DNA of 64,000 bases from a virus (lineage: Duplodnaviria; Caudoviricetes). The stretch is from positions 519 to 64,518 of the IMG/VR virus record IMGVR_UViG_3300033182_000922; one strand, written 5' to 3'. The position numbers and the translations under genes are program-made. The notes below the pieces were generated by a model. The model ran no database searches. It was not told the origin of the DNA and saw only the letters and a list, made by a program, of their open reading frames with translations. Shown piece by piece: positions 48,804 through 58,961 of the stretch; positions within the stretch are counted from its first letter, which is position 1, and each line of letters opens with the position of its first letter.

Positions 48804-48846
48804 TTTAGAAACTATTTTATTACTTTTCATATAAATAATAAAGGAT

Positions 48847-49257
48847 TTGAAACTATTTGATTACATAAAAGTTTTATTCGGTAAGGATGAACATTGGGAT
48901 AAGGTAACTAATTACGATAAGTCAAAAAACTCATTTATGACAAATCGTTTTATGAGTATTAAATTTCCTATCCAGGCAAATCTATTTAATACACTTAAAA
49001 TTGATCCAGTAGGTCAAGCCGAAGCATGGCGTATGGTTGCATCAAAATTTAATAGAGTTCCTGGTTTTATTTACACTAAAGTAAAGAAACAGCCTAAAGT
49101 AAAAGAATGGGTACCTAATCCAAAGGCGGTTGAATTATATATGAAATTTAATGAAATTGGTAAGCGTGAGTTTACTGAAGCACTAAAACATAACCCATCC
49201 CACGTTCAATCTTCGATAGATATATTAGAAAAACAGATGGGCAATGATGCTGATTGA
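48847..49257 (+). CDS. Putative clamp loader small subunit (gp62-like)
   Basis: LFDYI ... FMTNRFMS ... AN pattern; size fits; near gp44. TTG start. Confidence 0.45.
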   Translation: MKLFDYIKVLFGKDEHWDKVTNYDKSKNSFMTNRFMSIKFPIQANLFNTLKIDPVGQAEAWRMVASKFNRVPGFIYTKVKKQPKVKEWVPNPKAVELYMKFNEIGKREFTEALKHNPSHVQSSIDILEKQMGNDAD

Positions 49258-49909
49258 CAATACCTTTGAATTAGGAATCCCTACACACATTGAGTTTACT
49301 CTTTATAAATTTGATTACATTGATAGTATCATAATTTCTAGAGTACTTAAAGAATGTAAAAATTATAATGAAGATTCTACTGTGTATACTGTAAAGGTGG
49401 ACTCATTCAGAAGAGCAGTAAAAGGCAGTAAGAAACTTCATAGAGAAATACAAAAAGTCTTAATCAACGGATTATCACCCAACCCAGATAATAAACCTAA
49501 CACTATTCATTTCTTGTGGTCTATTATGGATCGCTTAGTTAATTTAGAGTGGTTTACATTTAAGATTTCTTATGATAATAAATACTCAAGAATGATTAAA
49601 GTTGAGAACAGGGAAATAATGAGCTTTTACTTTAAAATCAATGAAGGTTTATTTGATCTTACTAAGATATATGATAGAAAAGATTTGGATGCCATTAACA
49701 AAAAGATCATTGAATTTGGTATGATGCCAAATAAGTATCTTGAAAGATCTCCTTATTTTTATATGAAAGCATCGGTGCTTTTTGATCTTCTTGGTCAGTT
49801 GGAAATAGATGGAACGGTTGGCACTTTTGATTTTCTTAATCAAATTGACCCAAAGCTAGAGGAAGACGATCCTATACTAACCGTAAAGACAGACTATACC
49901 CCATATTAA
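49244..49909 (+). CDS. Hypothetical protein
   Basis: 221 aa ORF overlapping the upstream gene. Confidence 0.6.
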   Translation: MMLIDNTFELGIPTHIEFTLYKFDYIDSIIISRVLKECKNYNEDSTVYTVKVDSFRRAVKGSKKLHREIQKVLINGLSPNPDNKPNTIHFLWSIMDRLVNLEWFTFKISYDNKYSRMIKVENREIMSFYFKINEGLFDLTKIYDRKDLDAINKKIIEFGMMPNKYLERSPYFYMKASVLFDLLGQLEIDGTVGTFDFLNQIDPKLEEDDPILTVKTDYTPY

Positions 49910-49937
49910 GGGAATATATAAACAAAAATATTCTCTT

Positions 49938-50363
49938 ATGCGAAAGTTTTTAAGCAGGTGTTGCGAATCCAAAAGAGAATGCATCACCTATCTAGTAGTT
50001 TTTCTTTGGGTAACTGTTGGAGTTATAGCTACCTATTTTGATACAAATTTTACTGACCTGGCTGCGTACTTTGTTTCTCTTACTGGTTTTGTCGCAACTT
50101 ATATCTTTGGTGAAAGTGTAAGAAAGAGTGAGAAGAGTTCAATTTTTCTTAAAGGGCCAACGAGTAGAAGAGAAATGATGATGTACATAACAATAGGCTT
50201 ATGGGCAATCGTTGGTATCTGGGTAATAGTACAAAGAGCCGACCTTATTGGAGTAAGCGCATATTTTGCAGCACTAACGCCTTTTGTTGGATCATATATT
50301 ATTGGAGAAACGTTTAAAAAAGAATCAGAAACTTCTGATGAAGTTCAACAAATAAACTCTTAA
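49938..50363 (+). CDS. 4-TM membrane protein made of a duplicated 2-TM unit (holin candidate)
   Basis: Two copies of RE...Y....LW..VG......AYF..LT.FV..YI.GE...K. Late-type promoter at 49913. Confidence 0.6.
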   Translation: MRKFLSRCCESKRECITYLVVFLWVTVGVIATYFDTNFTDLAAYFVSLTGFVATYIFGESVRKSEKSSIFLKGPTSRREMMMYITIGLWAIVGIWVIVQRADLIGVSAYFAALTPFVGSYIIGETFKKESETSDEVQQINS

Positions 50364-50367
50364 GTTA

Positions 50368-52329
50368 ATGGCAGTTACAGGAACAACCACAAACGAGAAC
50401 GGTGATGCTATTCTTATAAGTCTACAAGAACCTTATAAAAATGTTGTTGAGGTAGTATCTTATTCTGACGTAACTGTTGGTGAAGACACTTCAGTGTTTT
50501 TTAGTAAATCTTTTAGATGGGGAACTGATGGTGTTACATATTCCGATTGGGTTCCTTTAACAAATGTGAATCTAGAAGCCTTGTTATTGGATCCAAATAA
50601 ACCGTTTTGGGTTCAATATAAGTATGAACAGGTGGGCGACGGCACACTAGAATTTAAGTCTATATCACTTGAAATAGTTACCGATGGAGGGGTGATCTGT
50701 AAAGTACCTCAAGTTGAGTGCTGTGATGGTCAAACATTATCAGGTGCGCAAAACCTAGTAATAGACTGTTGTGGAACTTCATGGAACCCTTATGATTTAT
50801 CCAGGGCTTCACAAATGTATAATCAGCTATCTCAGGTTGCATCTAACCTATTCGGCTTTTGTGTTGACTATTTTAAGACTGCTGCTGACCAAAGAAGTAA
50901 AGATGTTATTCTTAAAGAGTATTCATTATTCGATGTTATTGCAAATGCTGAGGTTAAAATAATGATTCCTGATAATGAACTGCCAACAAGAGAGATTCAG
51001 TTTAATCCTCTTATGATGGATTTTCCAGTTCAGTTTGAAGTTCATATTGTTAAATCTGCATTTGAGGCAGTGTTTGGGGCTGGTGCAAAACCTCAGATGA
51101 GAGACTACTTATACTTTAAACAGTATATGAATAGGATGTACGAAGTTGATGCAGTAGCAGAAGCTGATGACTTTTTATATAGTGGATCTTATTGGAGAGT
51201 AAGTCTTGTCCCATATCAACAAAGAACCGCTGTTCTCTATCCTGATAAAAATATTGAGGATGTTAAGGATTCTTTAGTTTCTAATGTAGAGGATAAGTTC
51301 AAGGAAGAGAGAGAAGATGAATTTGCCGATGTAAGAAAACCTAATCAGTATAACACAATCGGAACCCAATCAAATGATTATGTTAGAAGGATTCTTGATA
51401 AGAAGCTAATCATTAAGGAGGAAAATGTTTACAATAACTGGACTATTATATCTAAATATCATTATCAATTAAAAACATTAACCACCCAGGAAGAAGGCGT
51501 GGAATACAGATATGATAAAGGCTGGTCTACAACCGATGATAGGGCTTTTACATTTTGGTTAAGACCTCAATACGATAACCCAATTGGGCAAAATGTTCTT
51601 ATTACAGGAATAAGCAATAGCAGTGGAAGGGTAAAGCTAAACACCGCAGGCTTGCCTGAAAAAATCGCCGAAAAATTATCAGTTGGTGATTGGGTTAAAG
51701 TTAATGGAACTAAATCATATAATGGAATTCATAAGATAACTGCAATAGGAAACACTAGCATAGATTTAGATGTTCCTTATGTAGATAACATTACACAAGG
51801 TACTCCTAGATTTAATAGAGAGAAAAGCTGTAACTTTATGATATATGAAAATGACCTATTGCCGCCAACGCAATATGTTTCAATTACATATACTCCTAAT
51901 TGGTTCATTATAAAGATCGGTGACACTTACTTTAAATATGATCTATCATCGCAAGGATTAATTCTTAATAAAGATGATTGGTATGCATTTGTAATAAATC
52001 TAAATAGTACCGCTAAACAGTTAAGCTTATTTGGCTACAATACTTTAGAAACCACCGGCGCAATAAATCCTGAGGACACACAAATTCTAAATAAGTTATT
52101 TAGTGAAATCAAAACATATAACCCAACAGCGGTTCCTGATTTAAATAAGTGGAAACTTTTAGGTTGCCCAACAGACATAACAAATATTAGGATCTGGAAA
52201 AAGCCTATTGAGGAAGAATTACAAGAACTTATTTTATCCCAGTACGTAGTAAAAGATACTCATTTATCACTTCTCCTTGATAATGCAGCTCCTCAATTAT
52301 TACTTAACAGGGAAACCGACCCTCGTTAA
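50368..52329 (+). CDS. Neck protein (gp14-like core) with additional beta-rich domains
   Basis: D.ILKEY, FEAVFG...PQMRDYLYF...RMYEV core; C-terminal LamG-like pattern (FTFWLRP, WYAFVIN, NIRIWK). Confidence 0.55.
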   Translation: MAVTGTTTNENGDAILISLQEPYKNVVEVVSYSDVTVGEDTSVFFSKSFRWGTDGVTYSDWVPLTNVNLEALLLDPNKPFWVQYKYEQVGDGTLEFKSISLEIVTDGGVICKVPQVECCDGQTLSGAQNLVIDCCGTSWNPYDLSRASQMYNQLSQVASNLFGFCVDYFKTAADQRSKDVILKEYSLFDVIANAEVKIMIPDNELPTREIQFNPLMMDFPVQFEVHIVKSAFEAVFGAGAKPQMRDYLYFKQYMNRMYEVDAVAEADDFLYSGSYWRVSLVPYQQRTAVLYPDKNIEDVKDSLVSNVEDKFKEEREDEFADVRKPNQYNTIGTQSNDYVRRILDKKLIIKEENVYNNWTIISKYHYQLKTLTTQEEGVEYRYDKGWSTTDDRAFTFWLRPQYDNPIGQNVLITGISNSSGRVKLNTAGLPEKIAEKLSVGDWVKVNGTKSYNGIHKITAIGNTSIDLDVPYVDNITQGTPRFNREKSCNFMIYENDLLPPTQYVSITYTPNWFIIKIGDTYFKYDLSSQGLILNKDDWYAFVINLNSTAKQLSLFGYNTLETTGAINPEDTQILNKLFSEIKTYNPTAVPDLNKWKLLGCPTDITNIRIWKKPIEEELQELILSQYVVKDTHLSLLLDNAAPQLLLNRETDPR

Positions 52330-52360
52330 CCTGGAATATATAATCTAAATTTAGGGATTA

Positions 52361-52975
52361 ATGAAAGAAGAGTCTAAGGATAAGTTTAGAGATAGCCTTG
52401 GTGATTTATTAAATGATTTACCTGACGAGGTTCCGGGTTTAGATGAGTCTCCTCAGCTACCAAAGGTAAGAGCAGAAAATACGCAATCCGCTCAGTTAAT
52501 TAAAGCAAAAGGTAAAGCTCAAAGGGTTATGAATAATCTTTTAAAATTTTATCTTAGTGAACAGATAATTGAGGAACATGAGTATATTAAAGCTAAAGCA
52601 GATTTAGATGAATATGCATTAAGTATGCTTATTCGCCAAATGCAAAATAGTGAATATGCCATCACTGCTTTAATGGATCAAATTAACGAAGGTGATGTAT
52701 CTCCTAGAATGTTTGAAGTACTTAGTGATTTACAGAGAACTTTGCTGGATATCATAAAGAGCCAAACAATGTACATGGTTGCGATTGAAGAAAATGCAAA
52801 AAAGATTTCCAGAGACATTGATGTATATCATGGCGGTTCTGATACAGGACAATCTACTAATAAGTCAAATGGTGGAATTAAATCCAGAGGTACAAAAGAT
52901 CTAATGAGAGCCTTACAGGATACTATTAACGAAGAAGATATTCAAGATGTCGATAGCAATGAAGATGAAGAATAA
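52361..52975 (+). CDS. gp16: Terminase small subunit (gp16-like)
   Basis: SPRMFEVL and GTKDLM motifs; lies upstream of the large terminase. Confidence 0.6.
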   Translation: MKEESKDKFRDSLGDLLNDLPDEVPGLDESPQLPKVRAENTQSAQLIKAKGKAQRVMNNLLKFYLSEQIIEEHEYIKAKADLDEYALSMLIRQMQNSEYAITALMDQINEGDVSPRMFEVLSDLQRTLLDIIKSQTMYMVAIEENAKKISRDIDVYHGGSDTGQSTNKSNGGIKSRGTKDLMRALQDTINEEDIQDVDSNEDEE

Positions 52976-53231
52976 GTATGTTCTTGTAAAAGAACTACCA
53001 CAAGAAACGGTTACCTCCGGTGGAATAATTATACCTGAGGAAAAGTATAACCGTAAAGCTATTGTAATTTCCGCTTCTGATGATATAGATGTAAAGGAGG
53101 GGGATACAATAATAAAAACAATAGGTAAGGGTACGATGTATACTTTTGGTGATGAAGAATTAGAAATCCTTCATGAAAATCATATTCTTGCCGTCATAGA
53201 AGAAAATGGCACAAAGACCACAGGCACCTAG
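52959..53231 (+). CDS. groES: GroES-like co-chaperonin
   Basis: VLVK...ETVTSGGIIIPE, VKEGD, ILHENHILAVI. Exact start uncertain (52947-52965). Confidence 0.8.
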   Translation: MKMKNKYVLVKELPQETVTSGGIIIPEEKYNRKAIVISASDDIDVKEGDTIIKTIGKGTMYTFGDEELEILHENHILAVIEENGTKTTGT

Positions 53232-55023
53232 TGCAGGATTTGAATTTAGCGTAGGTAAAGCTGAACAATCTTTTTCATGGACGAGTGAAAAGGTTGAGCA
53301 ACTCATGCTTGCATTAGAAGAAGGGTATAAACCTAAGGCAACCCCTTTTTATGAAGGTAACCCAAATCTCAGAAAAGGTAACATTGTATTTAATTATACT
53401 CCTCATGAAATTAGGGAGATAAAGAAATGCGCAACTGACATTGTGTATTTTGCAAATCATTATTGTACTGTTATGACCGATCATGGTTTACAGACAATTA
53501 CATTAAGACCTTATCAGGAAGAAATGTTAAGGCAGTTTCAGGCAGAGAGATTTAATATTTGTCTTGCTGCAAGGCAGATTGGTAAAACAATTTGCTCTTC
53601 TATTTTTATTGCTTGGTATTCTCTTTTTAACTTTGACAAGAATGCTCTTATTCTTTCAAACAAAGGTGCAACGACCAGAGAGATTATTGATAAAGGTAAA
53701 ACAATTCTTGAACACTTACCTTTCTTTTTAAAGCCAGGCGTTCTTAAATGGGATGTATTTAATTCTAAGTTTGATAATGGATGTAGAATCATTGGTCAAA
53801 CTACAACCAAGAAAGCAGCAATTGGTTTTACTATTCATTTGCTATTTATGGATGAGTTTGCCCACATACCCCAAAACTTTGTTAACACCTTTTATGAAAA
53901 CGTGTATCCAACGGTATCCGCTTCTACGAATTCAAAAGTAATTATTACAAGTACCCCTAATGGGTTTAATAAATTTTATGATATTTACTCAGCGGCAGAA
54001 AAAGGTGTTAATGAGTATGCGCCTTTTAGGGTAGATTGGTGGGATGTACCTGGTCGTGATGAAGCTTGGATGAAGCAGGAAGTTTCTAATCTCGGATCCG
54101 AAGAAGCATTTAATCGACAATATGGAAATCAGTTTATTGCTAGTTCTTCTTTACTACTTGGCGCAGATAGCCTAAAAAAATTACAAAATAACCAAAAGGA
54201 GTTTGTTCATCGTGAGCTGCCGGCTTTTGAAGAAGAGGGCGTAGTTTATGATGGTTTACTTTGGGATCCTGATTTTGATTTAGATGAAGTGGAAGAAGAC
54301 ACCAATTATTTTGTGTTTTCAATTGATATAGCTGAAGGTAATGGCGGGGATTATTCAATTGTAAATATCTTTAAAGTTGAGATGATGGATGAAAAGGATT
54401 GGGGTAAGGTTACATCACCTGGAAGCTTTGTTGACTTTTTTAGAATTAGACAAGTAGGAAGGTTTAGAAGTAATGAACATACTATTGAAGAATTCGCAAA
54501 AGCAATTTACATTCTTGCATTTGATATGTTCTATTCAGAAAATGTTAAAATGATCATTGAGTGGAATATGTTTGGTGGGGAGGTTATTAAGAGATTAGAA
54601 ACTGTCTTCCCACAGAGAAATGATTTTGATGAGGAAATGGTTGTTAAGTTTAAGCATCGTATTGATGCAAGAACAAAGCAATTTGGTCTTAAGGTTAAAA
54701 AAGATAATAAACCTATTTTTTGCCAAAATTTTAAGAAGTACATTACACAGAATAGAATAATCATTAATGATAAGAAAACTGTTTATGAAGCCTCAACGTT
54801 TGGAAAGATGCCAAATGGATCTTATGCAGGCCAATTAGGTAATGATGATCTTATAATGACATGTATAAATAGTTCGGAATTCTTCTTTACATTGGACTTT
54901 TCCGATTTTGCAGAAGAGATTTATGATGAGATTGATGAGTCTGTACAAAATAAGATTGATGAAATTCTAGAAAAAGATTCAAAGGGTGGTAACCTCAATT
55001 ATGATATCTATGATCTGGTATAA
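53206..55023 (+). CDS. gp17: Terminase large subunit
   Basis: LRPYQ, ARQIGKT, MDEFAH, ITSTPNG.N.FY, DIAEG.GGDYS, DDLIM. Confidence 0.93.
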   Translation: MAQRPQAPSAGFEFSVGKAEQSFSWTSEKVEQLMLALEEGYKPKATPFYEGNPNLRKGNIVFNYTPHEIREIKKCATDIVYFANHYCTVMTDHGLQTITLRPYQEEMLRQFQAERFNICLAARQIGKTICSSIFIAWYSLFNFDKNALILSNKGATTREIIDKGKTILEHLPFFLKPGVLKWDVFNSKFDNGCRIIGQTTTKKAAIGFTIHLLFMDEFAHIPQNFVNTFYENVYPTVSASTNSKVIITSTPNGFNKFYDIYSAAEKGVNEYAPFRVDWWDVPGRDEAWMKQEVSNLGSEEAFNRQYGNQFIASSSLLLGADSLKKLQNNQKEFVHRELPAFEEEGVVYDGLLWDPDFDLDEVEEDTNYFVFSIDIAEGNGGDYSIVNIFKVEMMDEKDWGKVTSPGSFVDFFRIRQVGRFRSNEHTIEEFAKAIYILAFDMFYSENVKMIIEWNMFGGEVIKRLETVFPQRNDFDEEMVVKFKHRIDARTKQFGLKVKKDNKPIFCQNFKKYITQNRIIINDKKTVYEASTFGKMPNGSYAGQLGNDDLIMTCINSSEFFFTLDFSDFAEEIYDEIDESVQNKIDEILEKDSKGGNLNYDIYDLV

Positions 55024-55077
55024 AAAGTATCTATGTTGTGGATATATAAAAAAAGCAAATAAAAAAAATAATATAAG

Positions 55078-58000
55078 ATGGCACTAGATCCGAAAATCGC
55101 TTCTCTTAAAGCTGCAGGTACTTATCGTTTTGAATTCGATAAGAGTCAGGTTGTAAGTATTCCTGCCAACCAGACGAGATTAATCGTAGGTTTCTCGAAA
55201 AAAGGACCTTTCAATACTCCGGTCTTTGTCCCAGATACAGCATTCTTTAAACAAGTGTTTGGTGATATTGATAGAAATTTGGAAAGAAAGGATTCATTTT
55301 TCCACAGAAGCTGTTTATCAGCATTAGAAAGAGGTCCTATTTTGGCACTTAATCTTTTAGCTTTAGATTCAGACGATAACGTTGATTACATTAAGTTTGG
55401 TACAGCTTCTACACCAGAGGCACAGATTAATACAGGAGCTTCAGGCGAATATCAAAAGTTTTACAATAGAGATAAATTCTTTTACCCTGATAGCGATGCA
55501 TTTTTAGATAACGTTGGAGCAAACAGAACAACTTTAAGTTCTACTTCAACTAATGACTTATTGGACTTTGTTAATTTAGGACAAAATCCAATTTCAGTTA
55601 TTGTTAAGAAAGCTGCAAATGCAAATGTAGCTGCATTTAATGTAACTGTTGAAGAATGGTACGGCGCAGCTAATGTACCAGGCTTCTTAGATAAGGATAG
55701 TTTAATTTCAGACTTCATGGTTGATATATTCGTCATTGGCGGAGACTTCGGTGGAGACTTTAGTTCTGCTACGCCTTATGAGAGATTTGAAGCTGACCCA
55801 ACATTCCAAACTTACTTTGATCCAACTAAAGGTATTCAAAGAAAGGTATTTACATCTGATGCTACCGATACTAAATTAACTGAATTCTTTAACGAATCAG
55901 AAGTTAACTTAATCGCAACTTATACTGCATGTTTAATTCCTGATTTTGTTGATTTGATTGGAAATAACCTTTTCGTTGAAAAGCTTGTTAACGCAGATAC
56001 TGCTACAACAGGTTTATTCTGTACTGTTAATGAAGATCTATTCAGTGGAGACTTCTTAATTGACGGTGTTGCAGGTGGTATTGATTTAATTGGACATAAC
56101 ATTGAGTATACTCAAGCAACTAGCATCCAGGATGATGTTAACTTCTTATCATATGGTGCACCTATTGTATCTGATCTTTCTTATGCAAGAAATGCTCAGG
56201 TAACAAATACTGCAACTGTAACTACTGAGGTACTTTCGGTTTCAACTACAACCGATGGAAACATTCAGGTTCAATTGACCGGATCTGCTAGTGATTCGGT
56301 ATATGATGCATTTGCTTCAATGACGGCAAATGATTCTTCTGCTGTAGGATCTTATATCTTAGGTGCTGTAAGTGGAGAATACATTCCGGTATTATCTGTT
56401 AATATTACAACTAATGTTGTTACCTTAGTATTATCAGGCGCTGGTTCTACTGCAGTTGGAGATTTCCCAACTGCCGGAGGTACAGTGTATACTTACATTA
56501 ACGAATCTGACTTTAACTTTACTGTTCAGGAATATCCTAATACTAATACAGGTATTGTAGGTTCTTACGGATCTGCGATGTACACTGCATTCTCTAACGG
56601 TACTCTTACCGATGGTGATGAAGCTGTATATGAAGTAGGAGGTACACAATATACTTCGTTCTTGGTATTTAATGCTGCTGAATACGGATACATCCATACA
56701 GGTGTTCCTACCACAGCTGTTGATAAAATCGCTATTTCAGATCCAGATTACTACTTACCAGTTGCTACGGTTACTGCGTATGAAGAAGATGGATTTGTAA
56801 ACTTAACCCCAAGAGCCCAGTTTGATTTAGATGGTACAGGTGTATTCTTGGATTCTGATGGTACTGCACTTGCTGCAAATACTTTAGGAGTTCAAACTCT
56901 TAAGGGAGCATTAAACCTTACTATTGATATTTTAGCCGATGCTGCTAGTGAACCTTCTCTTAAGCCTAACCAAGTACTTATTTCATCCACTTCACCAGAA
57001 GCTGCTGATTTGGTTGTAGGAAATTACTTATTACATTTTGAAGGTTCTATCGCGGTTCCTCATTCTAGGTTAACTAGAATTAATGAAGTTGTAGGAGGAT
57101 TAACAATTAATGAATATCCTATTATTCCTGCCGGAACTACTGCATTACTTGTAACTTGTCAATCTGAGATTTCTGTAACTACTGTAGGCGGTGTTAAGAA
57201 AGTAGAATTGTATTACCCAATCGATGAATGGGTTGATTACTTAAACATATTTACTTTAGATGGATTCCAATTGGATGTTACTAAACATGTACCTGATGGA
57301 TCTAATGATAGACAAAACGCAATATTAAGCGGTACATTAAGCGGTACCAATTTATATAAGGCACTTACTGATAGAGAAACAATTAACTTCCGCTATGTGG
57401 TTGATACCTTCGGGAACGGAATTGAAAGTGGATCTAAGGCAATTTACACTCAGTTGTGTAACGATAGAAAAAATGCATTCGCTATAATTAATGCACCTTC
57501 TGCTAAGGACTTTAAAAATAGCACTGATCCTTCTTTCTTAGATGCAACTGGAAGCCTTTCATCTAGATTGATTTCTACTGGTGGTGATCTTACTAAGAAT
57601 CCTACCGTTAGATACTCATTACCATCACCAACACAAGGTGGTAGCTGGGGAGCATTCTATTATCCTTACATTACCGTAAGAGATCTTGGAAAGAACATTA
57701 ACGTTCCACCTGCTGCTTATGTTTCTAATAACTTTATTGCAAAATATGAAAATGCTTTACCATGGTCATTAGTTGCAGGAGTTCGCCGAGGCGTTGTAGG
57801 TGGTACTGGAGTTGTGGGATTAGAACTTAACTTGGATAAAGAAGATAGAGAATACTTAGAACCATTTGGATTAAATCCGATTGTATTCCAAAGTGGAACT
57901 GGTCCAACTATCTTCGCAAACAAAACTGCTCAACAAACTCCAAAATCTGCATTAAGCTCAATTAATGTTAGAGAGGTTGTTATTTACATCCAAGATGGAA

Positions 58001-58281
58001 TTGAGGCAATCCTTAAGAACTACTTGTTCGAGTTCAATACTGCTCAGACAAGATTGGAAATTAAGACACTTGCTGATAACTTCTTATCAACTGTACAAAA
58101 CGACGATGGGGTATATGACTTTAGAAATATTATGGATGAAACCAATAATACACCTGAAGTTATTGATCAGAACATTGGTATTCTTGATACCTATATCGAA
58201 CCAGTAAGAGGTATGGAGGTTCTTGTACAAAGAACTACAATCTTAAGAACTGGGGCAATTAGCACAGGAAACTTCCAATAA
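55078..58281 (+). CDS. gp18: Tail sheath protein (extended, 1067 aa)
   Basis: GFSKKGPFN near the N-terminus; C-terminal FYYPY, VPPA, PW...AGVRRG, LNPI, INVRE, FEFN, DETNNTPEVID. Confidence 0.9.
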   Translation: MALDPKIASLKAAGTYRFEFDKSQVVSIPANQTRLIVGFSKKGPFNTPVFVPDTAFFKQVFGDIDRNLERKDSFFHRSCLSALERGPILALNLLALDSDDNVDYIKFGTASTPEAQINTGASGEYQKFYNRDKFFYPDSDAFLDNVGANRTTLSSTSTNDLLDFVNLGQNPISVIVKKAANANVAAFNVTVEEWYGAANVPGFLDKDSLISDFMVDIFVIGGDFGGDFSSATPYERFEADPTFQTYFDPTKGIQRKVFTSDATDTKLTEFFNESEVNLIATYTACLIPDFVDLIGNNLFVEKLVNADTATTGLFCTVNEDLFSGDFLIDGVAGGIDLIGHNIEYTQATSIQDDVNFLSYGAPIVSDLSYARNAQVTNTATVTTEVLSVSTTTDGNIQVQLTGSASDSVYDAFASMTANDSSAVGSYILGAVSGEYIPVLSVNITTNVVTLVLSGAGSTAVGDFPTAGGTVYTYINESDFNFTVQEYPNTNTGIVGSYGSAMYTAFSNGTLTDGDEAVYEVGGTQYTSFLVFNAAEYGYIHTGVPTTAVDKIAISDPDYYLPVATVTAYEEDGFVNLTPRAQFDLDGTGVFLDSDGTALAANTLGVQTLKGALNLTIDILADAASEPSLKPNQVLISSTSPEAADLVVGNYLLHFEGSIAVPHSRLTRINEVVGGLTINEYPIIPAGTTALLVTCQSEISVTTVGGVKKVELYYPIDEWVDYLNIFTLDGFQLDVTKHVPDGSNDRQNAILSGTLSGTNLYKALTDRETINFRYVVDTFGNGIESGSKAIYTQLCNDRKNAFAIINAPSAKDFKNSTDPSFLDATGSLSSRLISTGGDLTKNPTVRYSLPSPTQGGSWGAFYYPYITVRDLGKNINVPPAAYVSNNFIAKYENALPWSLVAGVRRGVVGGTGVVGLELNLDKEDREYLEPFGLNPIVFQSGTGPTIFANKTAQQTPKSALSSINVREVVIYIQDGIEAILKNYLFEFNTAQTRLEIKTLADNFLSTVQNDDGVYDFRNIMDETNNTPEVIDQNIGILDTYIEPVRGMEVLVQRTTILRTGAISTGNFQ

Positions 58282-58320
58282 GAAAAAGAAAAGAGAATAA
58301 ATAAAAAAATAAGATAAGTT

Positions 58321-58875
58321 ATGCCATTACCACATTATACGCAATCAAGGGCTAGCAGTCAAAGATATGAACCGATTCAACCTAACTTGTTTGAGGTTAC
58401 TGTCTTTAGTCCACTAGGCGATGATACAGGTTTGATCTTAGAGCACGTTAAGACTATTGGAGGTTTGAATAACCTTAACCCAAGTGTAGATGCTATCGGA
58501 CAGAAATACAAATTTGCTGACCGTTCATTTGCAAGTATGCCAGGACAGACTTTCGTCGACTTAACGCTGAACTTCACTCTTAACTTGAATGAAGCAAATG
58601 AAAACTACATCTATAATACCTTCCGCAATTGGTATAAATTAATCTATGATCCGTTGACTGGGGAAATGGGATTAAAGAAAGACTATGTTGGAAGTATGAT
58701 CATTGTACAATACAACAGAGCAGGTGATATCTTTAGAAAGATTACCCTCAAAGATGTATTCCCAACCGGTCAACCTGATTTTGTGGATGAATTAAGTTAC
58801 GAAACTCCGGACGCAGCTGAATTATCAATGACTTACCGTTGTGATCACTGGGTTGAGGAAAACGTAGGATCTTAA
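58321..58875 (+). CDS. gp19: Tail tube protein
   Basis: PNLFEV, FRNW..LIYDP.TG, YNRAG, FPT, LSY, CDHW; follows the sheath gene. Confidence 0.85.
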   Translation: MPLPHYTQSRASSQRYEPIQPNLFEVTVFSPLGDDTGLILEHVKTIGGLNNLNPSVDAIGQKYKFADRSFASMPGQTFVDLTLNFTLNLNEANENYIYNTFRNWYKLIYDPLTGEMGLKKDYVGSMIIVQYNRAGDIFRKITLKDVFPTGQPDFVDELSYETPDAAELSMTYRCDHWVEENVGS

Positions 58876-58890
58876 TCTAACTTTTATACT

Positions 58891-58918
58891 AAAAACTGGC
58901 CTTAGGGCCAGTTTTTTT
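58891..58918 (+). terminator. Intrinsic terminator (possibly bidirectional)
   Basis: AAAAACTGGCC-TTAG-GGCCAGTTTTTTT. Confidence 0.85.
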
Positions 58919-58961
58919 GTCATTACACTAATATATAATATAGAATACATATTACATAATT

